A stretch of DNA of 64,000 nt from a bacterium. GTDB lineage: Bacteria > SZUA-182 > DTGQ01. The position numbers were made by a program, and so were the translations under genes. Position 1 is the stretch's first letter. Each line of letters starts with the position of its first letter. This document shows, piece after piece, positions 29,307-40,216 of this stretch. The notes under the pieces are model-generated. The model worked only from the letters and a program-made list of their open reading frames with translations, was not told the DNA's origin and made no database searches. The DNA lies in the NCBI GenBank assembly GCA_040752695.1, contig JBFMGO010000019.1, positions 1-64,000 of the forward strand. The letters run 5' to 3'.

Positions 29307-31599
29307 AGATTTTTCCCTCCATACTCGATTTTGTGCACACCCTGAGTACAGGCAGCAGTATGAACAACAGGGTGAAAAAACTGGTAATGATAACCATGAT
29401 CACCTGCCAGCCTGTCTGGCGGATCGGTGGAAAGTTCGAAAAAAGAAGGACAAAGTAACCGGAGCAGATGACAATGACATTGATCAGGATTGCCTTGCCG
29501 CTGCCTTGAAAACTGGCGGCCAGGGCATCCGCGAAGGAGCCGCCATCCTGCATGTGATGCCGGTATTCACTCAAAAAGTGGATCGTGAAATCCACTCCGA
29601 TGCCGATTCCCATGCCAGCCATAAGGATCGAATCAAATCCCAGGGGCTGCCCCTGGAAGCCGAGGATGGCAAAGTCGAACAGGACAGCCAGGCTGATGGG
29701 AGCAATGGCCTGGATACCGGCAGCCAGCGATTGCATGAGGAGTGAAACCACGATAAATACTCCGGCCATGGCCAGAATCAGCGTCCAAATTTGTCCCCGA
29801 ACCATCAGGTTGACCATGGTGGTCACAACGGTTCCGCTTCCGGCAAACTTCCACTGAATGTGATGCTCTTTCAGACTGTGCAGGTAGTCCTGGGCCTTAG
29901 AGATGATCTGGCTTAAGCTGGATGCATTGTCCTTTTTGATAAAGAAGGTGGCAATGGCAGTACGGTAATCGTTGTCAACAAATTCTTCAAATTCATCCGG
30001 CCCTGCTCCCAGAGAGTAGAGGAACAGATATTGGGCTATCAGCTCCCGCGTTTCCGGCTGTACCCTCGTGCCGCTTTCATCGGCCTGCATCACCCGGTTG
30101 ATGCGATCTAATAGATCGGCCAGGGAGCGGCTTTTCCCGATATCCGGCAAAGACTCCATAAAGAACTGAAACCGCCTCATTTCGCTTAAAAGTTCCGGGT
30201 CATTAAAATCCCTGCCGCCGGCTGCCCCGGCAATGGCATGAAGGGTCACGATGCCGCTGTAATGATCGTTGATGTAGCGCGAGGCAACAACGATATCGCT
30301 ATCCGGTTTTAAATCGGACAACAGTCCAGCATCGATATAAATTTTGCCGACACCCACGAGAGAGACGATCAGAAGTATCCCGGCACAGCAAAGAGGCCAG
30401 ACCGGATGCTGGACAATGATCCTTTGAGCGAAGCCGGAAAGCCGGGCAAAAAAGCTTTCTTCACCTTTGGCAGACCACCATTTCTTCGGTGCTCTGACCG
30501 GAAGCAGGACAAAGACAGCTGGTATGAGAAATAAGGTAAAGCAGGTACTCACTAGAATCCCGAAGGCGCTGGCGTATCCAAGGTAGCTTAATGGGCGGAT
30601 TTCACAGGGCAGGAAAGCCAGAAAGCCGACCATGGTGGTAAGTGATGTACCCATAAGGGGACGCCACAGCTCGGTAATGGTTTCCCTGGCAATCTTTTGA
30701 GGACTCCAGTTGGGATTTTGAATACCTTTATCCTGGTAGCGGCTTAAAAAATAAAGGTCATCGGCTACACCGACGACAACAAGCAAAGGGGGCAGCATGG
30801 TGAGAACCGGTGACAGCGGTACGCCAAAGAAAGAAAGTGCACCGAATGTCCATAATACGGTGAGCATGGCCTCGAAAAGTGGCAAAAAGACGCATCGCAG
30901 ATTACCGAAGACGATAAACATGAGCAGCGCTGCTACCAGAAGGACCAGAGGAAAGAGAACCCGCATGTCCTTGCGGGCAAAATCGCCGAATATCCCGGTC
31001 AGGACAGGCCGGCCCGAGATGTAAAAGCGCTCCGGGCCTTCCTCTTCCTTGAGAAGAGTCTGCAACGCCTGGTAAAAAAGAAGAGAGTCAACCCCATCCC
31101 GCAAAGGAAAAACAATGGCCGCTGACTTGCCATCTTTGCCAACAAGACGCCCCTTGACCAGATTGTCTCCCTCGGCCATTTTGCGGATCGTGTCAACGCT
31201 TTGGGCATCCTCAGGGGGGGCACTCATAATGCGCTCGACCCGAAAGCCTCCCTCGTCCGGCTGGATCTGCCTGAAGGTGGAAAGGCTGCGGACCTTATTC
31301 TCCATGACTTCGGGCAGGTCTTTGATTTTCATGGTGAGCCTGTGGAGTTTAGCCAAAGATTCCGCCTGGTAAACAGTCCCCGGTGCCTCCATGACCACGA
31401 TGACCGGATCTTTCAGGGAAAACCGGTCCTTAACCTGCTCATTGAGCACATAGGTTGCATTCGTCTTTGGCAGCATGCTGTCAAAGCCTGCTTCGAACAC
31501 CAGTTTGGACATCTGGGAGGCGAAAAAGAAGGTCAGGAAAAGGATCGCCACCAAGGCCCGAAAGGGGTAATCGATAACCCATTCGAAAATTTTTATCAT
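29296..31599 (-). CDS. MMPL/RND-family lipid exporter
   Basis: Two RND halves; GVADD, TSLTTMVGF, GIGVDFTIHF, SNFPPIR. Confidence 0.92.
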   Translation of the reverse strand: MIKIFEWVIDYPFRALVAILFLTFFFASQMSKLVFEAGFDSMLPKTNATYVLNEQVKDRFSLKDPVIVVMEAPGTVYQAESLAKLHRLTMKIKDLPEVMENKVRSLSTFRQIQPDEGGFRVERIMSAPPEDAQSVDTIRKMAEGDNLVKGRLVGKDGKSAAIVFPLRDGVDSLLFYQALQTLLKEEEGPERFYISGRPVLTGIFGDFARKDMRVLFPLVLLVAALLMFIVFGNLRCVFLPLFEAMLTVLWTFGALSFFGVPLSPVLTMLPPLLVVVGVADDLYFLSRYQDKGIQNPNWSPQKIARETITELWRPLMGTSLTTMVGFLAFLPCEIRPLSYLGYASAFGILVSTCFTLFLIPAVFVLLPVRAPKKWWSAKGEESFFARLSGFAQRIIVQHPVWPLCCAGILLIVSLVGVGKIYIDAGLLSDLKPDSDIVVASRYINDHYSGIVTLHAIAGAAGGRDFNDPELLSEMRRFQFFMESLPDIGKSRSLADLLDRINRVMQADESGTRVQPETRELIAQYLFLYSLGAGPDEFEEFVDNDYRTAIATFFIKKDNASSLSQIISKAQDYLHSLKEHHIQWKFAGSGTVVTTMVNLMVRGQIWTLILAMAGVFIVVSLLMQSLAAGIQAIAPISLAVLFDFAILGFQGQPLGFDSILMAGMGIGIGVDFTIHFLSEYRHHMQDGGSFADALAASFQGSGKAILINVIVICSGYFVLLFSNFPPIRQTGWQVIMVIITSFFTLLFILLPVLRVCTKSSMEGKIFEK

Positions 31600-31605
31600 A
31601 ATTTT

Positions 31606-31989
31606 TTATATCAGCAATGGAATGAGAAGACCAAATCCCAGGGCTGCCACAAAGTGGATGACTGTTTTTTCCGCCACAAAGGGAGTCTTGAGAGCAGCGG
31701 CCGCAAGGCTTCCGATTGCGGCCAGTGCAAGCAGGAGCATAAGAAAACTGCCCATACCCCAGTGCAGCCGTGATGAAACGAACGAGTACAAAAATGCGGC
31801 TAAAAGGCCAGGGCCAAAAGCGGCCAGGCCGAATAACACGGTCAAAAAGGCCCTGACCTGTCCAAAGCTCATGGTATGAAAGGGGGCGTTTCCCTGCATG
31901 GCCGGAACGATATGCCCTGCCCGGACATACACGATGCCTGCCCATATCAACCCTACGGGGATGGAAGCAAGAGTTGCGCTTTTGAGCAT
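31606..31989 (-). CDS. Small integral membrane protein
   Basis: 127 aa, four hydrophobic segments, fills operon gap. Confidence 0.6.
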   Translation of the reverse strand: MLKSATLASIPVGLIWAGIVYVRAGHIVPAMQGNAPFHTMSFGQVRAFLTVLFGLAAFGPGLLAAFLYSFVSSRLHWGMGSFLMLLLALAAIGSLAAAALKTPFVAEKTVIHFVAALGFGLLIPLLI

Positions 31990-32005
31990 AGTCTTTCGAT
32001 CCCGT

Positions 32006-34021
32006 TCATGGTTGATGATTTACGATATTCGCAAGCGGCAGAACCGGGGAATCGACCACTGCCTGGTAATTCTGAAGATCAGCGATGATATCTGCAAGAC
32101 CGCTTTCCAAAAGCCGCTTATAAGTCGGGAACCCGCCTTGAGACAGACCCCGGTACTGGTAATATTCATCCAGCATTCCCGGCTGATCGAGATCGACATC
32201 AAGGTGAGGGTGGGGTGGGTAGAGATCAGCCAATTCAGGCGGCGGCTGGCAAAGCGGGTCATTTTTTACATCCCGCCTGTTAAACCCATCGGCTTTTCGC
32301 CCCAATCCCAGGCGTGCATTGTAGGCCCTTTCCAGTTGGTAACAGCGCTCGGCGATCGTCATCAATCCTTCGGCGCTCACCTCGATACCGGTCAGGAGGC
32401 TATAGCAGCGGGCAAGATCCTGAAAAAGCATATGCTCGCCAAGAACCGCCAGGCCCTGCACAGGGTGGATGCAAAGCCCCAGGCAATCGATAAGGGTCTT
32501 GAAATTCTCCTGCCACCAGACCAGACGGCCGCTGCCAAAGGGTGAGCGTGCATCGGTCACTTTTATCGCTTCATCTCCCCAGAGTTTTCGCGGTCCTGTC
32601 TGATCGAGGCTCAGAGCGAAGAACGGCATGGCTTTCAGATGGTCTCCTCCCCGCGTGGAAGTACAAAAAGAGAGGCTCCAGGGCAGATTCAGGATGACGT
32701 CCATGGATGCACCCTTGATATGAATGGCATATTTTTCGGCACCGGGTATGGCCTCGCTCAACCAGCGGGCTCCCTTGCCTGCCAGAATGCCGAAACCTTT
32801 CTGATTTGCGACCATGTCCATGAGTTGGAAGACAGCCTTCGCATTTCCCCACCGAAGCTGCAACCCGTCTATATCCTTCTCGGAAATGATGCCCCGTTCC
32901 ATACACTCCATAACGAGACTGGCCACATGGCCAAACTCATGACTGTCGATGCCCAGGTGGTCGCAGCGATGGCTGAGCTGCAAGATAGGCTCAAGATCGA
33001 GCAGTCCCAGATTCGGCCCGAGGCTGGCCCACTGCCCGAACTCGAATTTATTCCCTCTGATATCTTCCCTTTCGCCCTGGCTGCCGGTTTTAATTGCCCA
33101 GGGCATGGTACAGGGAGAAGGGCATCCCGGACACCCGGTCTGGCCGGTCTTGTACCGGGTGGCGAACAGCTCCGGGTCTATGAGGTCTATCTGATCGAGG
33201 GTCAGAAATTCCCGGCAGTTGCGGCTCAGGTAAAGCCCTCCCATGGATGCGCTCGCTGCCGAAGCAACGTAGAGCGTGCCGTAATGGCGAAGCGGATCAA
33301 GGGTCGGGGATTTTCGCATCAGATCAAAGATAGAAGAGGCAAAACCTTTCAATTCTTCACCATGGCGGGACCGCGACAGGGGTTTTGCCTTAACTACGAT
33401 GGCTTTCAGATTCTTCGAGCCCATCAGTGCTCCCATTCCCATTCGCCCATGAACTCCGATCCTTCGGCGTCCCGCTATAATGTTGGCGTACAGGACCCCG
33501 TTTTCTCCTGCACGTCCGATGCGGGCAGTCTCACATTCTCCGAACCGCTCGAGCAGCCTTCGGTCTGCCTCGAAAACATCGGTCCCCCACAGATCAGCGG
33601 CTGATGTCAGGTAGGGAGGCTGATTCTGGTCGATGACCAGAAGAGCCGGCTCCTTGGCCCTGCCTCTGATAACGATGATATCGAACCCTGCCCACTTCAA
33701 TACCTGTGGGAAACGGCTTCCCGACGAGGAGTCGGCATAAATCCCGGTGAGCGGACTGCGTCCTGAGACATTCATCCGCACGGCAGCGGGAAACCGCTCC
33801 CCGACCAGAGGGCCGACGGAAAAGATAAGCGGGGCATCGGGTGCTGCCGCCGGAATGGATGGCGGGTTTAAATCGTAAAGGAGCCGGGCTGCCATCCCCG
33901 GACCGCCGATATACTGTGTGGCCAATTGTTCCGGAAGCGGCTCTATCTGAAGCTGCGAATTCTCAAGATCGACCCAGAGCATTCTGCCAGCCCAGCCGCC
34001 ATGTAAATAGGTATCTGTCAT
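32006..34021 (-). CDS. Aldehyde:ferredoxin oxidoreductase (AOR)-family W/Mo enzyme 1
   Basis: SPLTG..ADSSSG, GRAGENGV, GRMGMGALMGSKNLKAI, CPGCPSPC, RGGDHL, DCLGLC, LDEYYQYRG. Confidence 0.92.
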   Translation of the reverse strand: MTDTYLHGGWAGRMLWVDLENSQLQIEPLPEQLATQYIGGPGMAARLLYDLNPPSIPAAAPDAPLIFSVGPLVGERFPAAVRMNVSGRSPLTGIYADSSSGSRFPQVLKWAGFDIIVIRGRAKEPALLVIDQNQPPYLTSAADLWGTDVFEADRRLLERFGECETARIGRAGENGVLYANIIAGRRRIGVHGRMGMGALMGSKNLKAIVVKAKPLSRSRHGEELKGFASSIFDLMRKSPTLDPLRHYGTLYVASAASASMGGLYLSRNCREFLTLDQIDLIDPELFATRYKTGQTGCPGCPSPCTMPWAIKTGSQGEREDIRGNKFEFGQWASLGPNLGLLDLEPILQLSHRCDHLGIDSHEFGHVASLVMECMERGIISEKDIDGLQLRWGNAKAVFQLMDMVANQKGFGILAGKGARWLSEAIPGAEKYAIHIKGASMDVILNLPWSLSFCTSTRGGDHLKAMPFFALSLDQTGPRKLWGDEAIKVTDARSPFGSGRLVWWQENFKTLIDCLGLCIHPVQGLAVLGEHMLFQDLARCYSLLTGIEVSAEGLMTIAERCYQLERAYNARLGLGRKADGFNRRDVKNDPLCQPPPELADLYPPHPHLDVDLDQPGMLDEYYQYRGLSQGGFPTYKRLLESGLADIIADLQNYQAVVDSPVLPLANIVNHQP

Positions 34022-34040
34022 AGTTTTCCCCTGCTCTGTA

Positions 34041-34121
34041 TTATGGCTGGTGATGAATTACGGCTGATGATAAATAATAGCTGGTGATAAGTTGCGGTAA
34101 TTGCCGGATTATGGCTGGTGA
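34041..34121. repeat. Degenerate 17-bp tandem array echoing the 3' end of AOR 2
   Basis: Units start at 34041, 34058, 34075, 34092, 34109 (ttatggctggtga consensus); the last is the gene's own stop region. Confidence 0.75.
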
Positions 34122-36118
34122 CGAGTAATAGTCTTGAGCGGGATGACATCGTCCTCGGCAATGGCCTGATACTTTTGAAGATCATCGATCACTTCGCTCA
34201 GCCCCACCTCGGCAAGGCGCATCTTCGTGGGCAGGCCATTGGATGAGCATCCCCGGTACTGGTAATATTCATCGAGCATGCCCGGATGGTCAAGATCGAT
34301 GGCCAGATGAGGATGCACCGGCGCAATATCGGCAAACTGCGGATCGGGCTGGCACAAAGGATCGTTCTTCACATCACGGCGGATAAACGAGTCATGCTTT
34401 CTCGATATCCCGAGCCTGGCATTAAAGGCGCGCTCGATTTGAAAGCAGCGCTCGGCACCGGTCATGATCTCTTGCGCATCGGTTTCTATACCGGTGCTGA
34501 GGGTATAGAGCCTGGCCAGATCCTGAACCAGCATTTCTTCACCGAGCATGCTTATCCCCTGAGTTGCATTCACGCACAGCCCCAGACAGTCATGAAGCAT
34601 CTTGAAGTTTTCATGCCACCAGATGAGCCGTCCGTTTCCCTCATGGGAAAGTGGATCGGTGGCCTGTTCCGCTGCTTCTCCCCAGATTTTTTGCGGCCCG
34701 GTCTGACTGACGCCGAAGGAAAAAAAGGCCAGGGCCTTGAGATGGTCCCCTCCACGGGGTGAGGTGCAAAAAGAGAGCGTCCAGGGGATATTGGAAATGG
34801 CATCCATGGCAGCCCCTTTAATATGGAAGGCATAGCGGCCATCCACGTTCAGTATTTCACCCAAACGCCTGACACCGAGAGAAGCCAAAGCCCCGAACCC
34901 CTGCCCCAGGGCGGTCTTGAGCATCAGGGCTTCGACAGCTCTGGCGTTGCCCCACCTGAGGGTGAGACCGTCGGTATCGGTTTCTTTGATGAGTCCCCGC
35001 TCCATGCACTCCATGACCAGTCCGGCCACGCGGCCGAATTCGGCAGCATCGATGCCCAGACGGTTTGACAGATGGCTGAGGCGAAGAACAAAGGGCAGGT
35101 CGAATATGCCAAGGTTCGGCCCAAGGTTCAGCGCCTGCCCGAATTCAGCCTTCAGTCCTGCCATTTCCCGGCCATCCGCTTCAGGGTCTTTAGCCTTCCA
35201 TCTCATGGTGCAGGCCACCGGACAGTAAGGGCATCCGGTCTGACCGGTCTTGTATTTGTCTTCGAAGAGCTCGGGACTTAAGGGGTCGAGTTCGAACAGC
35301 GGCAAAAAGTCACGGGCATTTCGTCCATACAGCCCGCCCAGGGAAGCGGTGCTGGAGGCTATAATATGGAGCGTGCCATACTTTCTGATCGGCTCGTTGG
35401 TCGGGACCGAAGCCATGAGGCGGCTGAAGTGCCTGGCAGCCTGGCCGAGTTTTTCCGGCTGAGCGCAAAAGGATCGCGGGGTGGCCCTGACAACGATCGC
35501 CTTTAAACGTTTTGCGCCCATCTTCGCGCCCATGCCCATCCGGCCGTGAACGCCAAAGCGCCTGTGCCCGGCAACAATGGATGCATAGCGGACGCCGTTT
35601 TCTCCTGCCGGGCCGATCCGGGCAACCTCACAGGAGCCGAACCGCTTTTGCAGCACCTCATCCGTCTCGAAGCAGTCCATACCCCAGACATCATCGGCAG
35701 ACTCGATTCGCGGCCGCTCGTTCTGATCGATGACCAGAAGGCATGGCCGTTGCGCTTTCCCCTGGATAACGATCAGGTCATATCCTGCCCATTTCATGGC
35801 CATGCTGAACCTTGAGCCTGATGAGGAGTCTCCGTAAATACCGGTCAGGGGACTGCGGGCAACTGCGGACAGGCGCGATGCTCCGGGAAACCGCTCCCCG
35901 ACCAGGGGGCCGGTCGAAAAGATCAAAGGTGCCTGTTCATCCAGCGGCTGAATCGACGGCGGGTTCAGGTCGTAGAGCAGACGGGCAGCCATACCGGCTC
36001 CGCCCAGGTACCCTTGCCGCAACTCCTGTCCCGATGGCTCGCTGGCGAGGGTTCCCCTGCTTAAATCGACCCACAAAGACTTGCCTGTCCAGCCGCATAC
36101 GTGATTTTCGCAACTCAT
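34109..36118 (-). CDS. AOR-family W/Mo enzyme 2 (close paralog of enzyme 1)
   Basis: Same motifs; CPYCPVAC, RGGDHL; shares RRDVKNDPLCQP and near-identical C-terminus with 32006-34021. Confidence 0.92.
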   Translation of the reverse strand: MSCENHVCGWTGKSLWVDLSRGTLASEPSGQELRQGYLGGAGMAARLLYDLNPPSIQPLDEQAPLIFSTGPLVGERFPGASRLSAVARSPLTGIYGDSSSGSRFSMAMKWAGYDLIVIQGKAQRPCLLVIDQNERPRIESADDVWGMDCFETDEVLQKRFGSCEVARIGPAGENGVRYASIVAGHRRFGVHGRMGMGAKMGAKRLKAIVVRATPRSFCAQPEKLGQAARHFSRLMASVPTNEPIRKYGTLHIIASSTASLGGLYGRNARDFLPLFELDPLSPELFEDKYKTGQTGCPYCPVACTMRWKAKDPEADGREMAGLKAEFGQALNLGPNLGIFDLPFVLRLSHLSNRLGIDAAEFGRVAGLVMECMERGLIKETDTDGLTLRWGNARAVEALMLKTALGQGFGALASLGVRRLGEILNVDGRYAFHIKGAAMDAISNIPWTLSFCTSPRGGDHLKALAFFSFGVSQTGPQKIWGEAAEQATDPLSHEGNGRLIWWHENFKMLHDCLGLCVNATQGISMLGEEMLVQDLARLYTLSTGIETDAQEIMTGAERCFQIERAFNARLGISRKHDSFIRRDVKNDPLCQPDPQFADIAPVHPHLAIDLDHPGMLDEYYQYRGCSSNGLPTKMRLAEVGLSEVIDDLQKYQAIAEDDVIPLKTITRHQP

Positions 36119-36122
36119 GGCA

Positions 36123-37466
36123 TTATCCGCTCTTTTGTCCGGGTGAAGTGTCTGACAACGGCGAAATCCCGTTAAACAGCCAGGTTGGATGATCGTAAGC
36201 GATACTGTAGATCAGATCCATGGCCGTTCTTGTTTCCGGCGATGTATAGTACACAGGCCAGTAGTTTCGCTCATCGACGCTCCGCCCTTCCTCTGCGGCA
36301 TACCGGGCCAGGGCGGTATCCGGATACATGGCCACCCCGATATTGCAGTGGACAACAAAGGGGTCGAGTTCGAGCAGAGCCTCATGGGTTTCCTGGATGG
36401 TGGACCGGTTCTCGCCCGGGCCGCCGAAGATCAGGCCCAGGGTAAACAAAAGACCATACTCCTGGCAGCGGCGGATCGTATTTTTCACCTTTTCTACTAC
36501 CGGCGGGAGGTTGAAGTTTTTCAGCATCCGGTTGGACAGCGAGGGAAGGTCAAAATCTATGGCTCCGCATCCTGACATCATCATCAGTTCGATGAGATCA
36601 GATGGAAGATCGTTGAGCACGGAAGCGCAGTGCCATCCGACATTGATCTTGCGATCGAGCATTTCACGGCAGATGGCTCTGACATAATCAAGATCTGCGG
36701 TGAAGCAGGAGTCGAGAAAATAAAACTCCCCGGTCCGGCTGCACATCTGTTCGATCTCGTCCACGACCAGTGAGGGTTTGCGCCTGCGCAGGCACTTTCC
36801 CATAACTTTCGGGATATGACACTGCACGCATCCGAAGATGCAGCCCCGGACGCTCAATATCCCATGAACAGGCACAAAGTGGAGTCCAGGGTAGGTATCG
36901 TAGCTTGGGTCCAAAAGGTCCCTGCTTGGGAAAGGCAGGGTGTCAGGTTCCATGATCAGCTTTGGCGGGTTATAGCTCACTCTGTCTCCTTCAAGAAGAA
37001 CCAGCCCCGGCACACCGTGCAAGGAAGCTCCGGCGCTTAACCGGTCGGCGATCTGCACAATGGCTTCCTCTCCCTCGCCCACGATTCCCTGACTTACATC
37101 CAGGTAGCGCAGGATTCCTTCAGGAGCGGCGGAAAAACCGGCGCCGCCTATAATCAGTGGAGCACCGGAGAGCGCCCGGCAAACCTGGACGATCTGCCTG
37201 GCTATCGGCAGGTAGCACTGAGGATCAAGAGCGTTCAGGTTATCGATATTGCGGATGGAAATCCCGATCAGATCAGGCCTTGAAAGATCAATGGCTCCGG
37301 CCACGGAGTTCTCAAGGTCCGGCTCGAACATGAGATCGAGCAGATATGCCTCGTGCCCGCCCTTTTGCAGGGAAGAGGCCAGATAGAGCAGGCCAATCGG
37401 CGGTGCCGGGGTCACGGTTGTTATCCCCTGGTTGGCAGCGATCAAAAGGACTCGCATTCCGTACAT
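36123..37466 (-). CDS. Cobalamin-dependent radical SAM enzyme (short, SIRNID type)
   Basis: PIGLLYLA, IGISIRNIDN, GEGEE, RGCIFGCVQC, FGGPGE. Confidence 0.9.
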   Translation of the reverse strand: MYGMRVLLIAANQGITTVTPAPPIGLLYLASSLQKGGHEAYLLDLMFEPDLENSVAGAIDLSRPDLIGISIRNIDNLNALDPQCYLPIARQIVQVCRALSGAPLIIGGAGFSAAPEGILRYLDVSQGIVGEGEEAIVQIADRLSAGASLHGVPGLVLLEGDRVSYNPPKLIMEPDTLPFPSRDLLDPSYDTYPGLHFVPVHGILSVRGCIFGCVQCHIPKVMGKCLRRRKPSLVVDEIEQMCSRTGEFYFLDSCFTADLDYVRAICREMLDRKINVGWHCASVLNDLPSDLIELMMMSGCGAIDFDLPSLSNRMLKNFNLPPVVEKVKNTIRRCQEYGLLFTLGLIFGGPGENRSTIQETHEALLELDPFVVHCNIGVAMYPDTALARYAAEEGRSVDERNYWPVYYTSPETRTAMDLIYSIAYDHPTWLFNGISPLSDTSPGQKSG

Positions 37467-37849
37467 CCTTCCGGTTTGTAAAGCTCTTTATAGGCTGTCT
37501 GGAGAGGTTTCAGGAAGGGTTGCAGCCGGACGGTTCTCGACACCGGGCCCTTCATGATAATTTCACCGGTCATATGTGCCTGAATGGGATTAATTTCTCC
37601 TTTCAGCAGCTTGCGGTAAGTGGCACTTTCCATTTCAACCTCGATGTCGAACTCGGCCTGATCAAGCTCGGCCATCACTCTGCCATTACCGATACGCAAG
37701 GTCCAGCCAAAATGCATATCCGGATAATAATAGCCCACAATGAGCCTGGTCAGGGTAGATGCCCGCTTGATAACCGGATCGTTATTGATATGGCTGACAC
37801 AATTCTGGACAACACTCCACAGTTCTTCACGGTCTTTGAATCCGTTCAT
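37442..37849 (-). CDS. SCP2 sterol/lipid carrier domain protein
   Basis: DIEVEMESATYRKLLKGEINPIQAHMTGEIIMKG; AAGGAG RBS before ATG 37849. Confidence 0.85.
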   Translation of the reverse strand: MNGFKDREELWSVVQNCVSHINNDPVIKRASTLTRLIVGYYYPDMHFGWTLRIGNGRVMAELDQAEFDIEVEMESATYRKLLKGEINPIQAHMTGEIIMKGPVSRTVRLQPFLKPLQTAYKELYKPEGCTECESF

Positions 37850-39902
37850 GATCGTCTCCTTTTTTGTCAATTTGGATTATTATTTTTTTTATCACCCCGG
37901 CCCACGCTTCCTCAGACCTCTTCCAGTGCTGGAAGAGCCCTGCGATATCTTCATTCCTGACTGACGACAAGCACAGAACAGCATCATCCGCCTCTGCCTC
38001 CCGTATCACCGCGAGGCCGCGGATGACTCCACGCCGAAAGCGCAGGGTTATACCTGCCTGAGGTGCTTTGATCAGACAGTCACCACTGAAGTCCGGCCGC
38101 CCCTTCGGAAAGCAGAGTTTCGATTCGCTCAGGCAAAGGGCCAATTCGCTCCGCCGCCAGGCCGGACCATCGATATGAAGCCCGGCAAGGCACTGGATCT
38201 TTTGCACCCAGGCCAGAAAAAACAAAAGGTCACAGACATCGCCCTTCCAGCTTGCCCCATCGAGGATGAGAGCGGCCGGAAGATCGAGTTCCATCAGGAT
38301 GAATATCCTGACCAAAAGGTCATTGGACAGGACAAGATCCATATCCACATCCTCTTTTGACTCCGGCAATTCCAAAAGAGCCTGAATCCCTCCCTGGCGA
38401 AGGATCAAATTCCCCTGCCAGAGTTCGGTCCTGATGTTCAGGCTCAAGGTCAGGTCTTGGAATGTCTCTTTCAACGATGCACCCCAAAGCCCATCGAAGC
38501 CAAGAAAAATTTCCCGCCACTGCACAAGCGATGCCGGTTGTGCAGACCAGGGCTTATCGACCGACATCATGCCGGTCCACTGAATCCGGCTTATGGGCAA
38601 AAAGGAGCGGACAGGACCCAGGTGATCCATTATCCACTCACGCCTTACGTAGTAGCGTTGATAGGTTTGCGAGAAGGCCTGGAGCCAATCCTTTTCCGAA
38701 TCCTGATTCTTGATCAATGGCCGCCAGCCGTGATACTGCTCCCAGTCAAAGCTTCTGATGGAACCATCCGCTGCGGCCTGATCGAACAGTTCCGTGCCCG
38801 GATAGGGAACCATGAAGGTGAAAAAAAGAAAATCAAGCGGCCAGTCAAACAGCAAACTTGCGGTTTCCGCTGCCTTTTCGCTGCGTATTCCCGGTGCATC
38901 TAAAAGAATGAATCCCACGCAGGTGATCCCTGCTCCTTTGATCATTTCTGCTGCCTTTCGGTTCTGCTCGAAGGTTGTCGATCTTCGCATCCGGCAAAGG
39001 CACTGATCGTAGGGAGACTCGATGCCAAGGTTTAAAAGGAAAAAGCCTGCTTCTGCCATCCGTGGAATCAGGTCCGGATTGGCCACCAGATCATCGGCCC
39101 GCACCTCGGCTGAAAACCGGACATCGAGGTTCTCTTTTGTAACCAGGTCACAGAAAGCGCGTACGTGATCGGGATCTTCGGTAAAGCTGTCATCTGCCAG
39201 GAAAAAGCCCGAAGCCCCATATTCATCCCGCAGCCTGCGCACCCGCTCTACCACCAGTCCGGGACGAATGGTGCGGTAGGATCTTCCCCAGAACCGGGGA
39301 AGAAGACAATAGGTGCAGCCTCTCGAGCATCCACGGCTGCTTTCGATCAAAAGAAGCCTGCGGTTGAAATTATCGACCAGATCATAGGCCGGATCCTGCA
39401 CCGAATTGAGATCGGAGATCAGCGGCCGGGGAGGGCTGAGAACTACCCGGCCATTGATCCGGCAGGCAACCCCGGGAATATCACGCAATTGCCCGCAAAG
39501 GCGCACGATATCGGCAAAGGCCTGCTCGCCTTCACCAACCACCACACCATCGATAAAGGGCGAGGCGTTCAGCAATTGGCTGTATAAGCCGCTTGCCGCG
39601 CGTCCACCCAGGATAATCGTTGAAGTAGGGCAGATGCTCCGCCCTAACCTGGCTACATCGAGAGTCTCCTGCCAGGTAAAGGTCCAGGACATGGAAATGC
39701 CGATAAGATCGGGGAGAAAATTCCTCAATTCCTCCTCGATAAGAGGCATCCCGCCATCCATGGCATCCACTATCCTGACTTCGGCATACTCTCTGGCAGC
39801 GGCAGCGATGCAGGCCAGCCCCAAAGGGTACCGGGCGGCTGTTCCGCCGCCGGCAAAATCATTGTTCAGGCGGTTTGAAGGCTGTATCAGAAGTACTCGC
39901 AT
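37827..39902 (-). CDS. Cobalamin-dependent radical SAM enzyme with C-terminal SCP2-like extension
   Basis: PLGLACIAA, GEGE, SRGCSRGCTYC, GIES, VPYPGT; QWREIF linker shared with 25309 and 54464 paralogs. Confidence 0.9.
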   Translation of the reverse strand: MRVLLIQPSNRLNNDFAGGGTAARYPLGLACIAAAAREYAEVRIVDAMDGGMPLIEEELRNFLPDLIGISMSWTFTWQETLDVARLGRSICPTSTIILGGRAASGLYSQLLNASPFIDGVVVGEGEQAFADIVRLCGQLRDIPGVACRINGRVVLSPPRPLISDLNSVQDPAYDLVDNFNRRLLLIESSRGCSRGCTYCLLPRFWGRSYRTIRPGLVVERVRRLRDEYGASGFFLADDSFTEDPDHVRAFCDLVTKENLDVRFSAEVRADDLVANPDLIPRMAEAGFFLLNLGIESPYDQCLCRMRRSTTFEQNRKAAEMIKGAGITCVGFILLDAPGIRSEKAAETASLLFDWPLDFLFFTFMVPYPGTELFDQAAADGSIRSFDWEQYHGWRPLIKNQDSEKDWLQAFSQTYQRYYVRREWIMDHLGPVRSFLPISRIQWTGMMSVDKPWSAQPASLVQWREIFLGFDGLWGASLKETFQDLTLSLNIRTELWQGNLILRQGGIQALLELPESKEDVDMDLVLSNDLLVRIFILMELDLPAALILDGASWKGDVCDLLFFLAWVQKIQCLAGLHIDGPAWRRSELALCLSESKLCFPKGRPDFSGDCLIKAPQAGITLRFRRGVIRGLAVIREAEADDAVLCLSSVRNEDIAGLFQHWKRSEEAWAGVIKKIIIQIDKKGDDHERIQRP

Positions 39903-39920
39903 GGACGTATGTATCTCTAT

Positions 39921-40208
39921 CTATGCCTCTTCGGACTGATCACGAATGGCCTCGACCCGAAAGACCAGTTTGCCCTGTGGATCGGGACACATGGAATGAC
40001 CTACGCCCGGCTCTTTCTCCCAGGGGGGGTCTTGCCCCATATTCATGGCGAACAACAGGGGGAAAAGAGCATGGTAGGCACCGCCGCAAAATCCATCCGG
40101 AGTAGCGATGCCTTTAAATTCAAATACATCTCCGGGCTTGTAGCCTGCGTGGCACACGCCCGGCATCTCTTCTACGATAACCCGAAACAGGGTCGGTTTT
40201 CTGGCCAT
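39921..40208 (-). CDS. TIGR04076-like small Cys protein
   Basis: GVCHAGYKPGDVF, GFCGGAYHALFP, CPDP, VFRVE; GGAGG RBS before ATG 40208. Confidence 0.75.
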   Translation of the reverse strand: MARKPTLFRVIVEEMPGVCHAGYKPGDVFEFKGIATPDGFCGGAYHALFPLLFAMNMGQDPPWEKEPGVGHSMCPDPQGKLVFRVEAIRDQSEEA

Positions 40209-40216
40209 AGTCGGTC